Assembly: GCA_001179505.1 (NCBI GenBank)
Contig: CDMY01000688.1
Location: 231,376-295,375 of the forward strand
Direction: 5' to 3'
Length of the DNA: 64,000 nucleotides
Source: Vitrella brassicaformis CCMP3155
Taxonomy: Eukaryota; Protista; Chromerida
The position numbers and the translations under genes were made by a program. The notes beneath the pieces were generated by a model. It was not told the DNA's origin. It worked only from the letters and a program-made list of their open reading frames with translations, and did not search any database. This document shows positions 34,601 to 48,500 of this stretch, piece after piece; within the stretch, counting starts at the first letter, position 1; the number at the start of each line of letters is the position of its first letter.

Positions 34601-37600
34601 GCGTGCTGACCGTTAAGGAAGAGGGAGATGACGGCGAGCAGCAGGAGGACAATCATTTCGTGCTCGGCGCCGAGGAAGGGGATGGCCGGGGGCAGGTCCA
34701 CTATGATGCGGCGGAACATGGCCCACGACTCCCACCAGTAGAAATCAGGCCTATATATAAGCACACAAACAACATACACACCACACATGACATGAGTGGC
34801 TGGCCGGTTCTCTTGCTCTCTGTCGGTGCTCGGTGCGGTGTCTGCCGTCTTTCGCTCACTCATAGCCCGCGAAGAGGAAGCCGAATCGCGCCATGACGCT
34901 TTCCTCATGTAAGCGGTGCCGATGCTGCGCCGCAGAATCAGAGGTGAGCCGTGGGGCTCTGTGTGTGTGTGTGTGTGCGCCAAGCTTGCCTGTCTGAGAA
35001 TGAGGTACATGGCGATGGGCAGTCCTGCTGTCCACAGGACCATGCCGACGAGCGACAGGGTGAACCAGTACTGGAAGTGGTGGCCGGTGCACTCGATGGA
35101 CGGATGGGACCTCACGCGCGGCCCGTCCAGCACCACACAGTCGAGGTTGTTGATGAAGCACTTGGTCATTATCGGGTGGAACAAAACCACACACACTACC
35201 TGGTGGACACACACAACACACAACACACAACACACATACACGGTGGCACCAATGGGGTGTGTGTGTGTGTCTGAGTGTGTGTGTTTCCCTCCCTCCCTCC
35301 CTCCCTCCGTCCCTCCAGCTGGATTGCATTGCACTAACCACGCACGAGGTGGCTTTGCGGTGGACCTCTGTGAGCCACGGTAGTGCCTCTGCGTCGTCCT
35401 TGCCCTCGAGGAAGCGCTTCATCCGGCCGACGTAGATGTTATCGTTCTCGCCGATTCCCGTCGACGGCATTCGGCTGATCCGACGGTTGGGGACATGTAC
35501 GGGCTGCTCCTGAATCGGTCAAATCAGATCAGACCACACCACACCACACCCGTACACAGCGTCACGTCGGGGTGTGTCTGTCTGCCGACCGTGCATGGGT
35601 CGATGCTGTTGGTGCGGTCCACGCCTCGCTCAGCATCAGGGGTCAGCGGCAGGCCGTGCCGCTTCCGGTCGAAATACACCTTCCCTGCACACACACACAG
35701 ACACAGAGTATTGCACAGCACACACGCGCCCGCCAGAGTCTCTGCGTACCCGCATAGAAGCCGTAGGCCAGGAGGACGGCCACAGGGGGAAACAGAAATG
35801 CCAGCAGCGCGTAGAAATGGATCGCCGGAAAGGTTCGCAACAGGCACTCTGCCCGACAGACAACACACCCAACACACAATACAGTACAGCATCCACTGAG
35901 CATGCCATCCCTGTCTCCCTCCGTGTCTCTCCCACCCACCGATGCCTATGAAGTTTTTCAGCGGGTTTGTGAGCGAGTCGAGGTAGCCCACCCCCTCTGT
36001 GAGCTGCCGGAACACGTCGAGGTTGACGTTCTCCATCGCCATCCCCACAGCGGGCCCACACATCTCCAGCCACGTCTGGACGATCTTCACAATCACCGCC
36101 TGCAGACTCAGCGTCTCCAGCCCCTCGCGCAGCGTCGACCGCACCAGGAAGGCGATGATGGTCAGTGCGACGACGGGGAAGAGCACGATCTGCCAACGGG
36201 CAGGCACCACACACAGACACATGCATCTCTTTCTCCCTGTGTGAGTGCATGTGTGTGTGTGGCGTACCTTTGACCATGACCAGATGGGGGATGGGCACTC
36301 CTGGCACTCTCCTCCGCCAGTGGGGGGCGCGTATCCACGGCTGCAGTCAGCACACAGCGGCCCAAGCGAGCCCTCGCCGCAAGTGTTGGCACCCATGCAC
36401 CGCGCGTCATTGGGACACTGCACAAAAGTGTACCTGCACCCAGACGCCCACCCAGGCGGCGCTTGAGTCGATCTATGCTATGCGTGTGTGGTGGATGTGT
36501 GGATGCGACGCACACGTACGCGTTGCTGGACTGAGCGACGGGGTCGAACCCATCGTAGAGGCGGAACATCGTTCCCTGCAGCCAGGCGTACCCCAGCCTG
36601 TTCACAAGTGCCTCCACCTCCTCGTCTGCACCAAGAATAAGGAAGATACACCCACGCGACGCGACGCAACGCAACGCTCTGGCTGTGTCGTGACCCACGA
36701 ACTCACTGACTGACCGGTCATGTTGTCGAATTTGTCTTCTCTCCGCTGCCTGTACAGATTGTCGAACCGGTAGAACCCCGGCAGTGCGTCAGGATCCGCG
36801 CGCTGACGCGGCAACGAGCAATTCGCTCCCACAGGACACTGACAAGTGACATCATCAACACACGCACACACACACACACACAGACACATGGCTTTCATCT
36901 CGCCTCTCTCCCTCTCCCCCCCCACACCCACACACACACACACACACATGCTCAGCTCAGCTCAGCTCACCAGCCGACATGTGGCTGCCCCGGACACCTC
37001 TGCAACAGTCCCCTCGACGCAGGCCGAACAATACTGGCTGGCGGAGGTGGCTGCGTATGTGCCGGGGGTGCACCTCAGACAAACCACCGCCCCCTCGCGC
37101 GAGAACGTCCCCTCCGGGCATACGTCGCACTGGCCCATCCCCATCCGCGGCGCCGCCTTGCCGGCCACACAGGGGAGGCAGAAGTCGATGCCATCGACAC
37201 GGAAGTGGCCCGGGGGGCAGGGCGAGCAGACGTCCATGGACCGCCACGTGGCGTTGTCGATCTCGAATCGGTGCCAGTAGTCCTCTGATGGCGGCTGGTA
37301 CCCAAGCCGGCAGCCGAACATCCGAGGGTCGATCTTAATCTGACAAATGGATAAATGGATGGATGGATGGCAAAAGAAACGTTTCGAGCCCTGTGCTGTG
37401 TGGAGGCGTGTGTGGCGCACCCTCAGTGGCTCCTCCCTCATGTGCCGTGCCAGCGATGCAGGGATGCCTAACACACACACAGACAGACACACAGACAGAC
37501 AGACAGACAGACAGACACACAGATAAGTACTACGTGCAGACATGCAGTAAGTCCATGTACCCACCTGGCTGGAGATTGGGGTTCTCTATGAGCGTGATGG

Positions 37601-40600
37601 AGTTGGTGAGAGGGACGTCGTCGAACACGTCAGGAAGCGGACCCGCAAACTGATTCCGCTGCTCAAACCAAACGACAACACAACAGAACCAACGAAATAC
37701 GCCAATTGACACGCGTCCGTCCGTCCGCTTCACATGGAGGAATATGGTGGAAGCCATCTTGAGGCCGCCAATGGACTGCGGGATCAAACCGGAGAACCTA
37801 CACACACACACACACGCGCGCGCGCGACGCATCAGGACATCTGTCTCTACTTGGTCGGTCGGGTGAACTTGCCGTGACACGTACATGTTGTAAGACAGGA
37901 ATAGGTAGGTGAGGTTTCTCATGCCGGGGTAGTAGTTGCCGTCCCTTCCCCAGCCACCCCCGATGCACGGCGGAAGCGGGCCTGAGAACAGATTCCGCTC
38001 CAGCCGAAACCTGCACACACCGAGACACACACGCACACACACGTGTGGATGAGTGATTGATGGTCAGGGGGGTGAGGCGGGTGGGGTGGGCTCACTCGAC
38101 GATGCTTGTGAGGTTGCAGATGGTGTCGGGCAGCTCCCCCTGGATGCGGTTGCCCTCTATGTTGAAGTCCGTGAGGGCGCCGCAGTTGCCCAGCGACTCG
38201 GGCAGCTCCCCAACCAGCATGTTCTGCTCAAGGAGCAACATCTTCAGCTTCGACTCGCGCCCGCTGCCCCTGCATTACATGGACACAGACACACACACAC
38301 ACACACACACCCCAGGGAGGGTGTAGCTGTGGGTGAGGACTGTTTTGTGTGTGTGTGTGTCTGTTGTGTGTGTGTACTTTGACGGGCATAGGTTTGGTTC
38401 GAGTGACGGGATAGGGCCGTCGAACCTGTTCCTCGCGAGGACAAGCCCCTGGCAGTGCTTCAGCTTGCCCATACTCTTGGGGAGCGGGCCGCCCAGACCT
38501 AAAGGACACACACGCGGAGACACTCGTATGTGTGTGTGTGTGTGTGTGTGTGTGTTATGTGTGTTAGTGTGGGAGAGGGGCGAGGGGCCGTACCTTCGGC
38601 GCCTTGCATGATGATGTAATAGGCGTCCCTCTCGCAGAGGATGGCGGCCCACATCGAACAGAAAGGCGAAGAGACGTTGAGTCGCCAGCCGGTCCACCGC
38701 TCCAACAGGCCAGTGGCGTTGTTGTGCGACAAGAGATCGAAGTAGAACTCGATGACCGACAGGCGGTCCTCGTCACACACGTGGCACCGCGCCCCGCACA
38801 AGACACAGTCCTTCGGGACCGTCACCGACCTAATCTCAACCCACACAGAGGCACACCCACAGAGAGAGAGTGTGGTGGGTCTGGTGGTCGGTGTGTTGCT
38901 GACCTGCCGGGCCAGACGGGCTGGTAGGTCCTGTTTCGCTCTCCCCGATCAAAGTTCCAGGTTCCTGTTTGTTTGTGTGGGTGGGTCCGCCACACGTCAG
39001 TGCTTGTGTGTCGACTGGCGTGTGTGCGTGTGTGTGTGTGTGTGTGTGGTTGCGTACCGTTCTTCCACTCGGCGGCTTCGATCCACTTGCCTTGGTCCCA
39101 CCGGTTGTTTAGCACCACATACCGGCCCTCGGCTACACACACACACACACACACACACACGGGAGGAATGTGAGTACCACCATCGCATCGCATCCCATTA
39201 GTGTGTGCGAGAGTGTTAAGTGTGTGTGTACCCTCTTTGTCGCTGCCCAGGTGTATGGGCCCCGTCAGCCCTTCCATGTGGACGTCCCTCAACGCGTCCA
39301 GCAACACCTCACCTGAACACACGCACACACGCACACACACACACGCACACACGTGTGCCTGCACGTTTCCATGGTGCCTGTCTCTCTGTTCACCCAAGGG
39401 ATTGACCATCCAGGTGGCCGGATCGGTGCTCGTCGGCTCAGTGAACGGAGGCAGCTCATCTGTGTACACACACACAGACACACAGACACACACAGACATT
39501 CATTTAACAATGCCCTCACTCACCGTCGAATCTTTTGAGCGCCTCGTCCACCCCTTTGGCTGCGAACATGGCGGCGTCGTACGAGTGCGCCACATAGTTG
39601 TCAACGCGACTGCGGTCGGCCTCAGACACGTTCAGGCGGTCAGCCAGCCTACACACACACACACACACAATGGACACTTGCGAACACACAGGTGGGAGGT
39701 GCATTATTGGTCAAGGATATGATATGTGTGTACGTGGCTCGAGTGTCGGTTCCGTTGGCTATGGAGGGGATGACGGCGAGGAAGCCGCCAGTGGCGTTGA
39801 GAAAGTCGGGGTCGGGCACTATGTCCAGAATGGTGTCCGTCCCAATCCTACACACACACGTGTGTGTGTGTGTTTGTATCCAGGCATCGCACGTCGGTGT
39901 CATCATATGGAGGGATGGATGGATGGCTACCGACCGACCATACCATGCGGTGCCTCTGTCGAGGACGCGGCTTTGTTCTGCCGCCCTGAGTATGGCGGGC
40001 AGCATGTCCTTGCTCACCGCCAGGATGAACACAGCGGCATCCTCACGGACATAGATCCCTAAACAACACAACCACGCCAACGCAGCAAACGATTGGTATC
40101 TATCGTGTGTCTGTCTGTGTGAGTTTGAGTGCGTGTGCGTACCCTCCAGTATTTCAACGAGCTCCTCTACAGGTCTGTCGCCCACTGCGTATCCCAGGGG
40201 GCTGATCTTGTATGAGGGCGCCAGGCTCTCAAAAGCCGTCTGGATGCCCTCACCTGCACACGCACAGCCAGCCATCGACAACACACCTACACACCCGCGC
40301 ATCGCAGACACGTGAGTGTGTTCACTGATCACCGACCGTATCCGTCATTGGTGTGCAGAATGACGAGCCGCTCCCACTTGAAGTGCTGGCACATGTCCAA
40401 GATCACTTTCACTTGGAACACGTCAGACGGCACCAAACGGAAAAAGGCTTTATACCTGCAGCCAGCCGGGGGGGAAGCACACACACCAATGAGCGTACAC
40501 AAAACAAGAGGGAACACTTTTGCTGCAGGGGTGGGCGGGGATGCATCTCATCTATCTATTTACCGGACGAGTGTCGGTGCGGTGGCAGTGGGCGACACGA

Positions 40601-41210
40601 GCGGTATGTGGAAGAAGCCGGCGAGCGGCAGGGCCGCCGCCGACATGCTGCTGCTCATCGGGCCCACCACTATGCTCACCTAATACACAGAAAGCAAGGC
40701 AACATCGGCGCAATGCTGTCACTCCGCCCTCCCGTCCTGACTCACCTCCTTCTCAATCATCTCCCGCACAGCCAGCAGCCCCCTGATCGAATCAGCCGTC
40801 GTGTCGCCCACCAGAAGCTCCACCTGCAGACGCAGACACACACACACACACACACGTACGTGTGTGTCCATGTTGATTGCTCACACACACGTGTGTGTGT
40901 GTGTGTCCATGTTGATTGTTCTCAGTGTGACTCACAGTGTAGTTGGTGAGAATGTCGGGGTCATTGTTGATGTCATCGATGGCCAGCCGAATGGCCGCCT
41001 CCCTCACCGTGTCCTTCTCGGCGTTCAGCAGCGCACCTGCACAATCACAAGCAAGCAACAGTCAAAATCACGATAGATGGACAGACAAGCAAACCACTCT
41101 CATTCAGTCAGTCACGATTGAGAAGTGCGCGCACCGAGGCGTATGGTGCTCCGCTGGGCGCTCGAGAGCCACAGGAGCGATAAGGCGCATAAGCAGACGA
41201 GAGATCTCAT
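31647..41210 (-). CDS. Large surface receptor: signal peptide, Venus-flytrap (ANF-receptor-type) domain, LRRs, Cys-rich repeats, multi-pass TM domain, cytosolic tail
   Basis: MRSLVCLCALSLLWLSSA; AIRLAIDDINNDPDIL, VVGPMSS, FFRLVPSDVFQ, FKWERLVILHTNDGYG, YDAAMFAA (class C GPCR-like flytrap); LxLxxNxLxGxLP LRRs; CPPGHF/CPEGTF/CTPGTY repeats; RFGFLFAGYEPDFYWWESW and QPY...LE (TRP-C-like TM block); stop at 31647. Confidence 0.8.
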
Positions 41211-41373
41211 GCTGGTCTGCGACGGAAGGGCCCTGTGACTCAGGGGCTCATGCACATCGTCGCGCCAGCGAGATAATCGATGAGAGATGTCGATCAATGG
41301 CAGATGGGCACATCGGCGGCATGTGAAAGCCGCGCTGTCGTGTTGATGTCCCTTCTTCACTCCTTTATTTGAC

Positions 41374-41403
41374 TGCGAGCTTCCTCTCATCCCCTGCGAG
41401 CTT
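41374..41403 (+). promoter_or_regulatory. TGCGAGCTT x2 in the receptor/CDGSH divergent spacer
   Basis: Copies at 41374-41382 and 41395-41403, central in the 341-bp spacer. Confidence 0.55.
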
Positions 41404-41551
41404 AGAATTGGCTGAGAATTCAAGAGATTTGCTCAATGGCGTTGGAGATCTGAAGCCGCAGAGGCCGTGCTGTGGCCGACACGAACAACTGGCGAGAAGG
41501 GCTCCCGCCCAGAGTTTGTCTCGCTGACTTTCGAGCAGGGAGATTGTGGCG

Positions 41552-42274
41552 ATGGGTGCGGGCGGCAGCAAGGCAGCCGCAGCGCTGCGGAAGCCGGGAG
41601 ACCCTCTCAATGTCGCCGGTGAATTGCCACACCGTCATGGATCCATCCATTCATTCATCCACTGGGTGTGCGGTGACGCTGCTGTGCTGTGTGGGTGTGT
41701 TGCAGGTCACAAGAATGTTCACGAGGCCATCATAACTGAGCCGTCTCAGAAGGCGTCCAAGTACTCCATCTGCCGGTGCTGGAAGAGCGCCAAGTTCCCC
41801 ATATGCGACAACACCCACCAGAAGCTCCAGAAACAGGGCATACAGTGCGGTACGTACGTGAGTATGTATCGACGAATAGCTAATGGGTGGACAGCCAGAC
41901 GGACAGTCGGAAGGCAGGCGTCCGCCCATTGTGGGTGGGTCCCTTCTCTCTCTCTCTCTCTTCTCTCTGCGTGTCTGAAGGTCCGTGCATGTTGGAGGTG
42001 AAGAAGACGATAGTGACTGCCTCCACCATGGTGAAGAACACATCGGCGGGAGGGGCAGGTGCGAAGCTCATCACGGTCGGAGCGGCAGGGGGCATCGCTG
42101 CGATGACCGGTACGTATGATAGATACGGTTGGCAAGCATATGACGGCAGATGGACGGCCTTGCCTATCTCCCGCCCTCCTTGATGTGTGTGCGTATCTGT
42201 GTGCGTGTGTGTGTGTGCGCGTGTGTGTGTGTGTGTTGCCTGCAGGCACTGCGCATTGGATGGGCGTCATCTAG
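41552..42274 (+). CDS. CDGSH iron-sulfur (NEET-family) protein
   Basis: CRCWKSAKFPICDNTH fits CxCx2Sx3PxCDx(S/T)H. Four phase-compatible exons, N-terminal MGAGGSK, hydrophobic Gly/Ala C-tail. Confidence 0.9.
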
Positions 42275-42603
42275 CATTGCCCCAACCACTCAGTGTGTGT
42301 GTGTCGCCGTGCCGTGCAGGTGTTGGCCTGCCTTTTGCGGTGAGGTGCTGTCAGTCTGTTCTTGACACAGCGAATGTAGTCCTGTAGCCAGCTTATTATG
42401 CGTGGGTGTTTCTAGCCTGCAACTGTCCCATGACCGATCTGACCGATCACACACATGACCCATCGGCTGACTTGCAAGGGGGAATGCAATCACACAAGGC
42501 ATGGCATGGCAAAACCCAAACACAGACAGGAAGAAAGGGCTAACAGTCCGCAAGACACAGGTCAGCACTGACTGACCAGTCTGTCTGCCCTGTCTAATCT
42601 AGT

Positions 42604-45482
42604 CTAGGCGAGTTTGGTGGACCGATGCACACGTGCCCGAATGCCCTGATTAACACAGATGAATGACAGACACACCAAAGCAAACAAACATGCTTGTCGT
42701 CAGTCATTTGAGCAGTTAGTTAAACTGTGCTGTCGGGTCGGTTGGCATACCGTTTCCTCTCCCGCGTAAGTGCCGTCGGCAGCACCCTCCTGCATCGCAC
42801 GGACCTGACCCTGCACACAACACACAACACACAACAGTCAGTAGGGCAAGCGCACCAACGTGGCTCTTTCTGGTGGGCTTGTTGGTCATTCATTCATCTG
42901 TGAGTACTCAGAGTGGTCAATCATATCATTGACTGACCTTTCTGCGTTTGAGCGCCTGGTCGTATTTGTATCGGTGTTTGACGCGGGCGTTGCCCTCGAT
43001 CTTCTTCCGCTTGCGAGTGAGACCCTTGTTCTTCATTATCTGATACGTCGTACCTGCAGCCATCGATGTGCGCGTGGACACGCACACACATGCAGCAGAT
43101 CTGCATGCCTATCTGTCTGCTCGCCTTGCGTACCTCTCTTGCCCTGTGAGGTCTCCTCGACGGCATTGATGTGCTGCAGTGACCTCTCCTTGAGCAGCTC
43201 CTTCTTGTGCACTTTCTTGGCCTTGTTGGCCCTCATCTGCTGAGCAATGATGTCGGCCACGTTGCCCCCCTCCTCCTCCATCTCATCCTCGCCGTCGTCG
43301 CCATCGCCCATCCCCACATCGACCTCGTCGGCGAACATCTGATAGATCCATCCACCCATCCATCCATCCATCCATGTGTGATGTGACGCGTGCTCACTCA
43401 CCTGTGTGTCGGGGGTCTTGTTGTTCTGAGCCGATGTGCCACCATTGCGTTGCTGGAGCAGGAGGTCCATGGCTGACGCCTTGTCGGCCCTCTTGCGTCG
43501 CTCCTTGAAGGCCACATTCTCGTCAGCGCTTTTCTGCACCTTGCTGCGGTCAAGAGAACCCTTCGCCTGCACACGCGTTGGCATAGGCAGAGACACACAT
43601 GGATGAGTGCACGGCACGGACGATCGGGCGTCGGCGTGTTTGCCTGTCGGGCGATGTTGAGGTACTGGGCCAGGGTTGGTTTCTTGCCGAACTTGGGCAT
43701 GAGAGAGGGGTCATCTAGGTCGCCGTCGAGACCCTCAGTAGAGAACCTGGCCATCTCTTGCTCCGTTGGCTCGCGTGTCAGGTCCGGCTCTCTCGTCGAT
43801 GGCAGATGCTCTTCGTCATTGGACAACGGCACCTGGATGGATCAAATTCGGCACAGACAGGTCAGCTGGTGGATGAGCTGAGGCTCTGTTCTCTCTGTGT
43901 GGACGGACGCCTGGCTGACCTCTTTTGTGGCCATCCTGCGCATGGCAGCCGCCACTATCTCACTCCGTTTCAACACACGAGGACCGTTGGCAGCCTGCCT
44001 CACGACACCACAGCACAGAATAGCATCGGTGGCACCCATCGTCCCTCCCCGAGGTACACAAGCCTCTTTCGTCCATGCGCACCCACACCCACCTTCGACG
44101 CGTTTGTCTCCCTCTGCGCCTTCCTGTCCGCTTCTCGCTTCTCGATGCTCTGTTGGCCATCATCATTGCCGCGCTTCTTGCCCGTTGCTGCTATCCTGAG
44201 CAGCGTGCTGATGTCCTTGTTCATGGCGTCGCCGCCCATCTTGCTGAGCTCTTCATCGAGCGTCCGCAGCTGCACCAGCCGCTCCACGACAGGGTGCTCC
44301 GTGATGCTCCTGCCCTCGCCCTTCATGGCCAAGTAATAGCAGAAGTGCAGGTGGTAACTCAGCAGCACCTGCGTCCACAACTCGATCAACTGCCGACCCT
44401 GAATGAACATACAACACGCACACAAGAAGCATCAGACACACACCAGCGGATGGATGTGGATGCGCACAGCTGACCTCGTGTGTGACAAGGGCAGGGTTAG
44501 CTCGGATGGCGTCCATGGCTGGCAGGAGGGTCGTCTGCAGGAGGTGAATCTTGTGCTTGAAGTCGGTGAGCAGGCCGACCATCTCGGGGTGCTCCTCCCG
44601 CACCAGCCGCCTCTTCTCGGCCACCGAAAGGCTCGCCACGTCCTTGCGGATGCGCTCCACGGACAGACCTCCACTCAGGTGCATCCCCGACGCAAGAGCC
44701 TCAAGCTCCTGAAAAAGACCAAACCACGCGGAAGGAAGGCAGATTGATGCACAAACAAGTGAGTGCAAAGCGGTGCGGACGGCCACGTGTTCACGTTTTG
44801 GACAGATTGTGCGAGGTTCTTCTCCTCGGCTTCATCTGGGAGCTCCCCGCCGGCCATCTCCTTGGCGAGAAGGTCCAGCTGGCCCGTCCCGATGTCCAAG
44901 ACCTGACTCATCTTGGCGGCCCGCTGCTTCTGGATGAGCCTGGCCTCCTCCAGAGCACCCGCCTCGTCACTCTCCTCGTCGGACTCGTCGACGCCTTCGT
45001 GATCCAGCCCCTCGTCGTAGAAATCGCGTGCCTTGCGGCCCCAGGCTGCGCGGGGAGCCGTCCCGCTGTCGTCTTCATCCTCTTCCTGGTCTTCACCCTC
45101 GTCAAACGCATCGTCGCCGGCAAACTCCGCCTCTCGTTCTCGCTCGGCGAGCTCCCTGAGTTTGCGGGTGTCCTCGTCTTCATCCTCCTCTGCTATCAGG
45201 CCCATCAGGGCATCCATCGCGTGGGCGTACTCATCTGAACACAGTCGACCAGCCGAGAAGCACATGCTGATGTGAGCATGTGTATCATGTGTGAGAGATC
45301 TTTCTCAGCTGCGTACCTTCTCCGGCGTCCTTCGGATGAGTGTCATCGTAGATCTTCAGGCCCTCCTCCGCTGCCGCTTGACGCCTCTGGTAGTGCGCGT
45401 CCACCTCTCCAAGTCCGTACTTCTCGATGCCTGACGACGATGCCCCTCCTCTGCCACGCTTCGCCTTCGCTGATCTCTTCAT
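42604..45482 (-). CDS. SAS10: Sas10/Utp3 SSU processome subunit
   Basis: Acidic N-terminal region. EHPEMVGLL...IELWTQVLLSYHLHFCYYLAMK...HPVVERLVQLR (Sas10/Utp3/C1D domain). C-terminal YQIMKNKGLTRKRKKIEGNARVKHRYKY...GQVR. Confidence 0.92.
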
Positions 45483-45537
45483 CGCTTCTGTTCTGTGAAT
45501 CAACAGCTGCCTCTTTCTTCCGTCTTTCCTTCTCCGA

Positions 45538-45545
45538 TGCGAGCT
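45538..45545 (+). promoter_or_regulatory. TGCGAGCT in the 112-bp Sas10/GPI-gene-A spacer
   Basis: 56 bp from the Sas10 ATG and 50 bp from ATG 45595. Confidence 0.5.
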
Positions 45546-45594
45546 AAACCTGCAGATGTTCTCGACGATTGACTCTCTTCATTCGCTCAGCGCC

Positions 45595-48500
45595 ATGATG
45601 GCTCGCCTCGACCTGTGCTTCTTCAGCCTTGTCAGTCTGGTGGCTCTTTCACCCGGCAAATGTGGACAAACGCTCCCCGACAGGATCAATCGGCTTTCCA
45701 ATCCCCTCCACAGCGTTCGAGATGCAGCCCGAATGATAAAGAGGCTGGCCAGCGTGAAGAAGAAACCTTCTGAGATCCTCCAAGCACCTGGTGAAGGATC
45801 GGGGCCCGTGCGTCGGCTGATGCGAAACCAGATGCGTGATCATGCAACGCGCCGAGCGGTCGATTCGGTGGGCAGGGCTCTCATGGGTCCAGGGCTGTCA
45901 GCCAATGGGCGGCTGCTTGGAGAGAAGAGGACAGGCAGCCGCCTCAGGGCATTCATCACCGGCAGCGAAGAAGATCTAAGGCAGCTACAGGCAGACGGCA
46001 GCACCAGCACTGAGTCTCCGCCGAAGGGCGATTGCCCAAGCCCCTGCATGGCCCACCCCATCGATGACCACTGCGTGCCCAACGCGACCGCCTTTCAGGA
46101 CGACATTGACGCACTGACGGACGACGCAGTGAAAGGCGTTCTGGAAAGGATTGCCAAGTGCCGGGATGCCACGTCTCGAAGCGCACATGGCAATTGGTGC
46201 GGGCCTGACACATCGGACGACTGCGAATGGAACGAAGAAAACGCAGTGTGCGACCCGAAGGGCAACATCTTGGTAGTCACATACACAGCATGTCTCGGAT
46301 TCTTGACATTTGTTCACCTACAGGTGCCTTTCTTCGGCCTTCCCTCATGTTGCCCGACCATTGACTGCCCCATCCATGGTGAGGGCGACCAAGCGGAATG
46401 CGAGGGAATCGACGGATGCAAATGCGTCCATGGTGACCAGGGAAGCAGCATGGGGCGTGCATGGCCAACTGGACTGCGGCCTATGAGGAGAAGCTTGTGG
46501 GCGTGAATGAGATGTGCAGACAATTTGCGCCCATATGGTCATGCGAGAGGCTGACGAGGGACGAATGCGACAAGGACTCGAGTAAGGAAACAAAGATGGT
46601 GGTCACTTGCGCGGTAGCGAAGCCTGTGTTTCTGCTTGCAGATTGTGCCTACGAGTCGTGGTTAGGATGTAAAGTGAAGAGTGCCCTTGAAGACGAGCTG
46701 AACGACATTCTGAAGGGCGCCCGCGATCTGTCGATCTGCGGCCCCCTTGTCCGCTGCCACAGCATCGGCTTTTCCAAGCAATACCAGTGCGAGGCTGATC
46801 TGGCCTGCGTGTGGACCAAGCTGGACAACGACCCGGGCGATATGGGTTTCTGTCACGCGCATCCCGCCGTCACTGTCGCCAATCCTGATCTTGTCAGCCT
46901 CGAGACTGAGAAATGTAAAGCGAAGCTTGGGTTTCACGTCGTCCCATGGCGATGCGGGAGAGAGCACATCTTTGCAAACGACAACGGGAAGACGTGCTTC
47001 GAGAATGGGGCGTGCACCTTGGTTTGTCCCGAATGGGGAGAGACCAGATGTGACAGCAATTGTAGGCCATTATGGACACAGCTGTATGCAATGCTATGCA
47101 TTCTTCATGTGTTCATACTGTACATTGTGCACATGCAGATTACTTCCTTCTCGACACGGTAATTGGTCAAGAATTGCCGGCTGCATGTGAGAGAACAAAG
47201 AGACACAAGGACATGACAGCCTCACATGTGAGACACAATGTCAATTTCAGCTGATCTTGTCGACCGAATGGATGAATGCTTCGCTGTCGGGGACAAGATG
47301 TATGTGTACAACGGTGAGGTGACAGCCGAGGGTTGGTCCGAGCACGGCTCTGCGATCCGCGACAAGTGCCCCAACATCATCGACCCGACCACACTCACCG
47401 TCAACAAGGCCGTCGATCCCGTCAGTGAAACTATCGCACTCGCACAGACCGCTGCCGCATTCCAGCCGCCCAGCAAATGCAGCCCGAGTGACGGCTGCAG
47501 GGTCACACAGACTGGCGCGTGTGTGCCCGACTCTGCGAAATTGTCGTCACGCATTGATGCACTCGCGGACGAAGAGAAGGCCTTCCTGCAGAAAGAGTTG
47601 GACTGCATTGAGCTGGGGGAGTCGGCGTGCACTGGCGACTGCGAGTGGGACAAGAATGACCAACTCTGCCAGCTCTCTGTCAAGGTCGCAATCAAGCTGG
47701 TGAGCTCGAGATAGACGATATTAACGCCAATCCAAAGTGCTCTTGTCGTTTTCTCGTCAGGTGTTTGGGGTCGATAGCTGTGGCAAGGCATTTGACTGCG
47801 GCCTTTCCATTACACAAGAGGAGTGCAACGGAGACGAAGCATGCTATTGGGACGAGAGGAAGGCCGAGTGTCTCGTAAAATGGAGTTTCATTCGAGACAT
47901 CTCTATCGGCACTGAAGACGAATGCACGGTTAGACATGACATGCATTCACGCAGAGCTTCCCGGTTGCAGACACATGTCATTTTGTATGTGACTCAGAAG
48001 TACAAGCCACTCATTGAATGCGGCGGGCTGACACCCGATGAATGCAAAACGGCTGACTGTAAGAAGCACAGTCGGTGAGAACGAAGCCTTGAACTTACTA
48101 TTCTACTTGTTGATCAGATTGCGAGTACCGTGAAGAGGGTGATGGCAATTGGAGCTGTGATAAATAGGAGGCGGTTTATGAGCCCCTCTACAGGGAGTTC
48201 AGAAAGGAAAAAGCGGAGGACCTGTTCAAGTGTGGTCCGAACATTCGGTGCCCCTCGATGGACTACGAAAGGGTCAGCAACTAGTTCTGTCTCAGTGCCG
48301 AGGAAGCTACGTTTCCCGGCTCCCTCTTCTTTGGGTACAGAGCTTGTGCAATCGCGACCAAGGATGCTTTCACTCTGGAGGGGCCTGCGGCAAATGCAAT
48401 CCAAACCCGATGGTAAGCATCCGCGAAAAGACATCAAGCGTCAGTCACAATTGGTCACCCGGCTGGCTTCGTTCAGGCGTTGTTCGGCCATCCAGATCTT

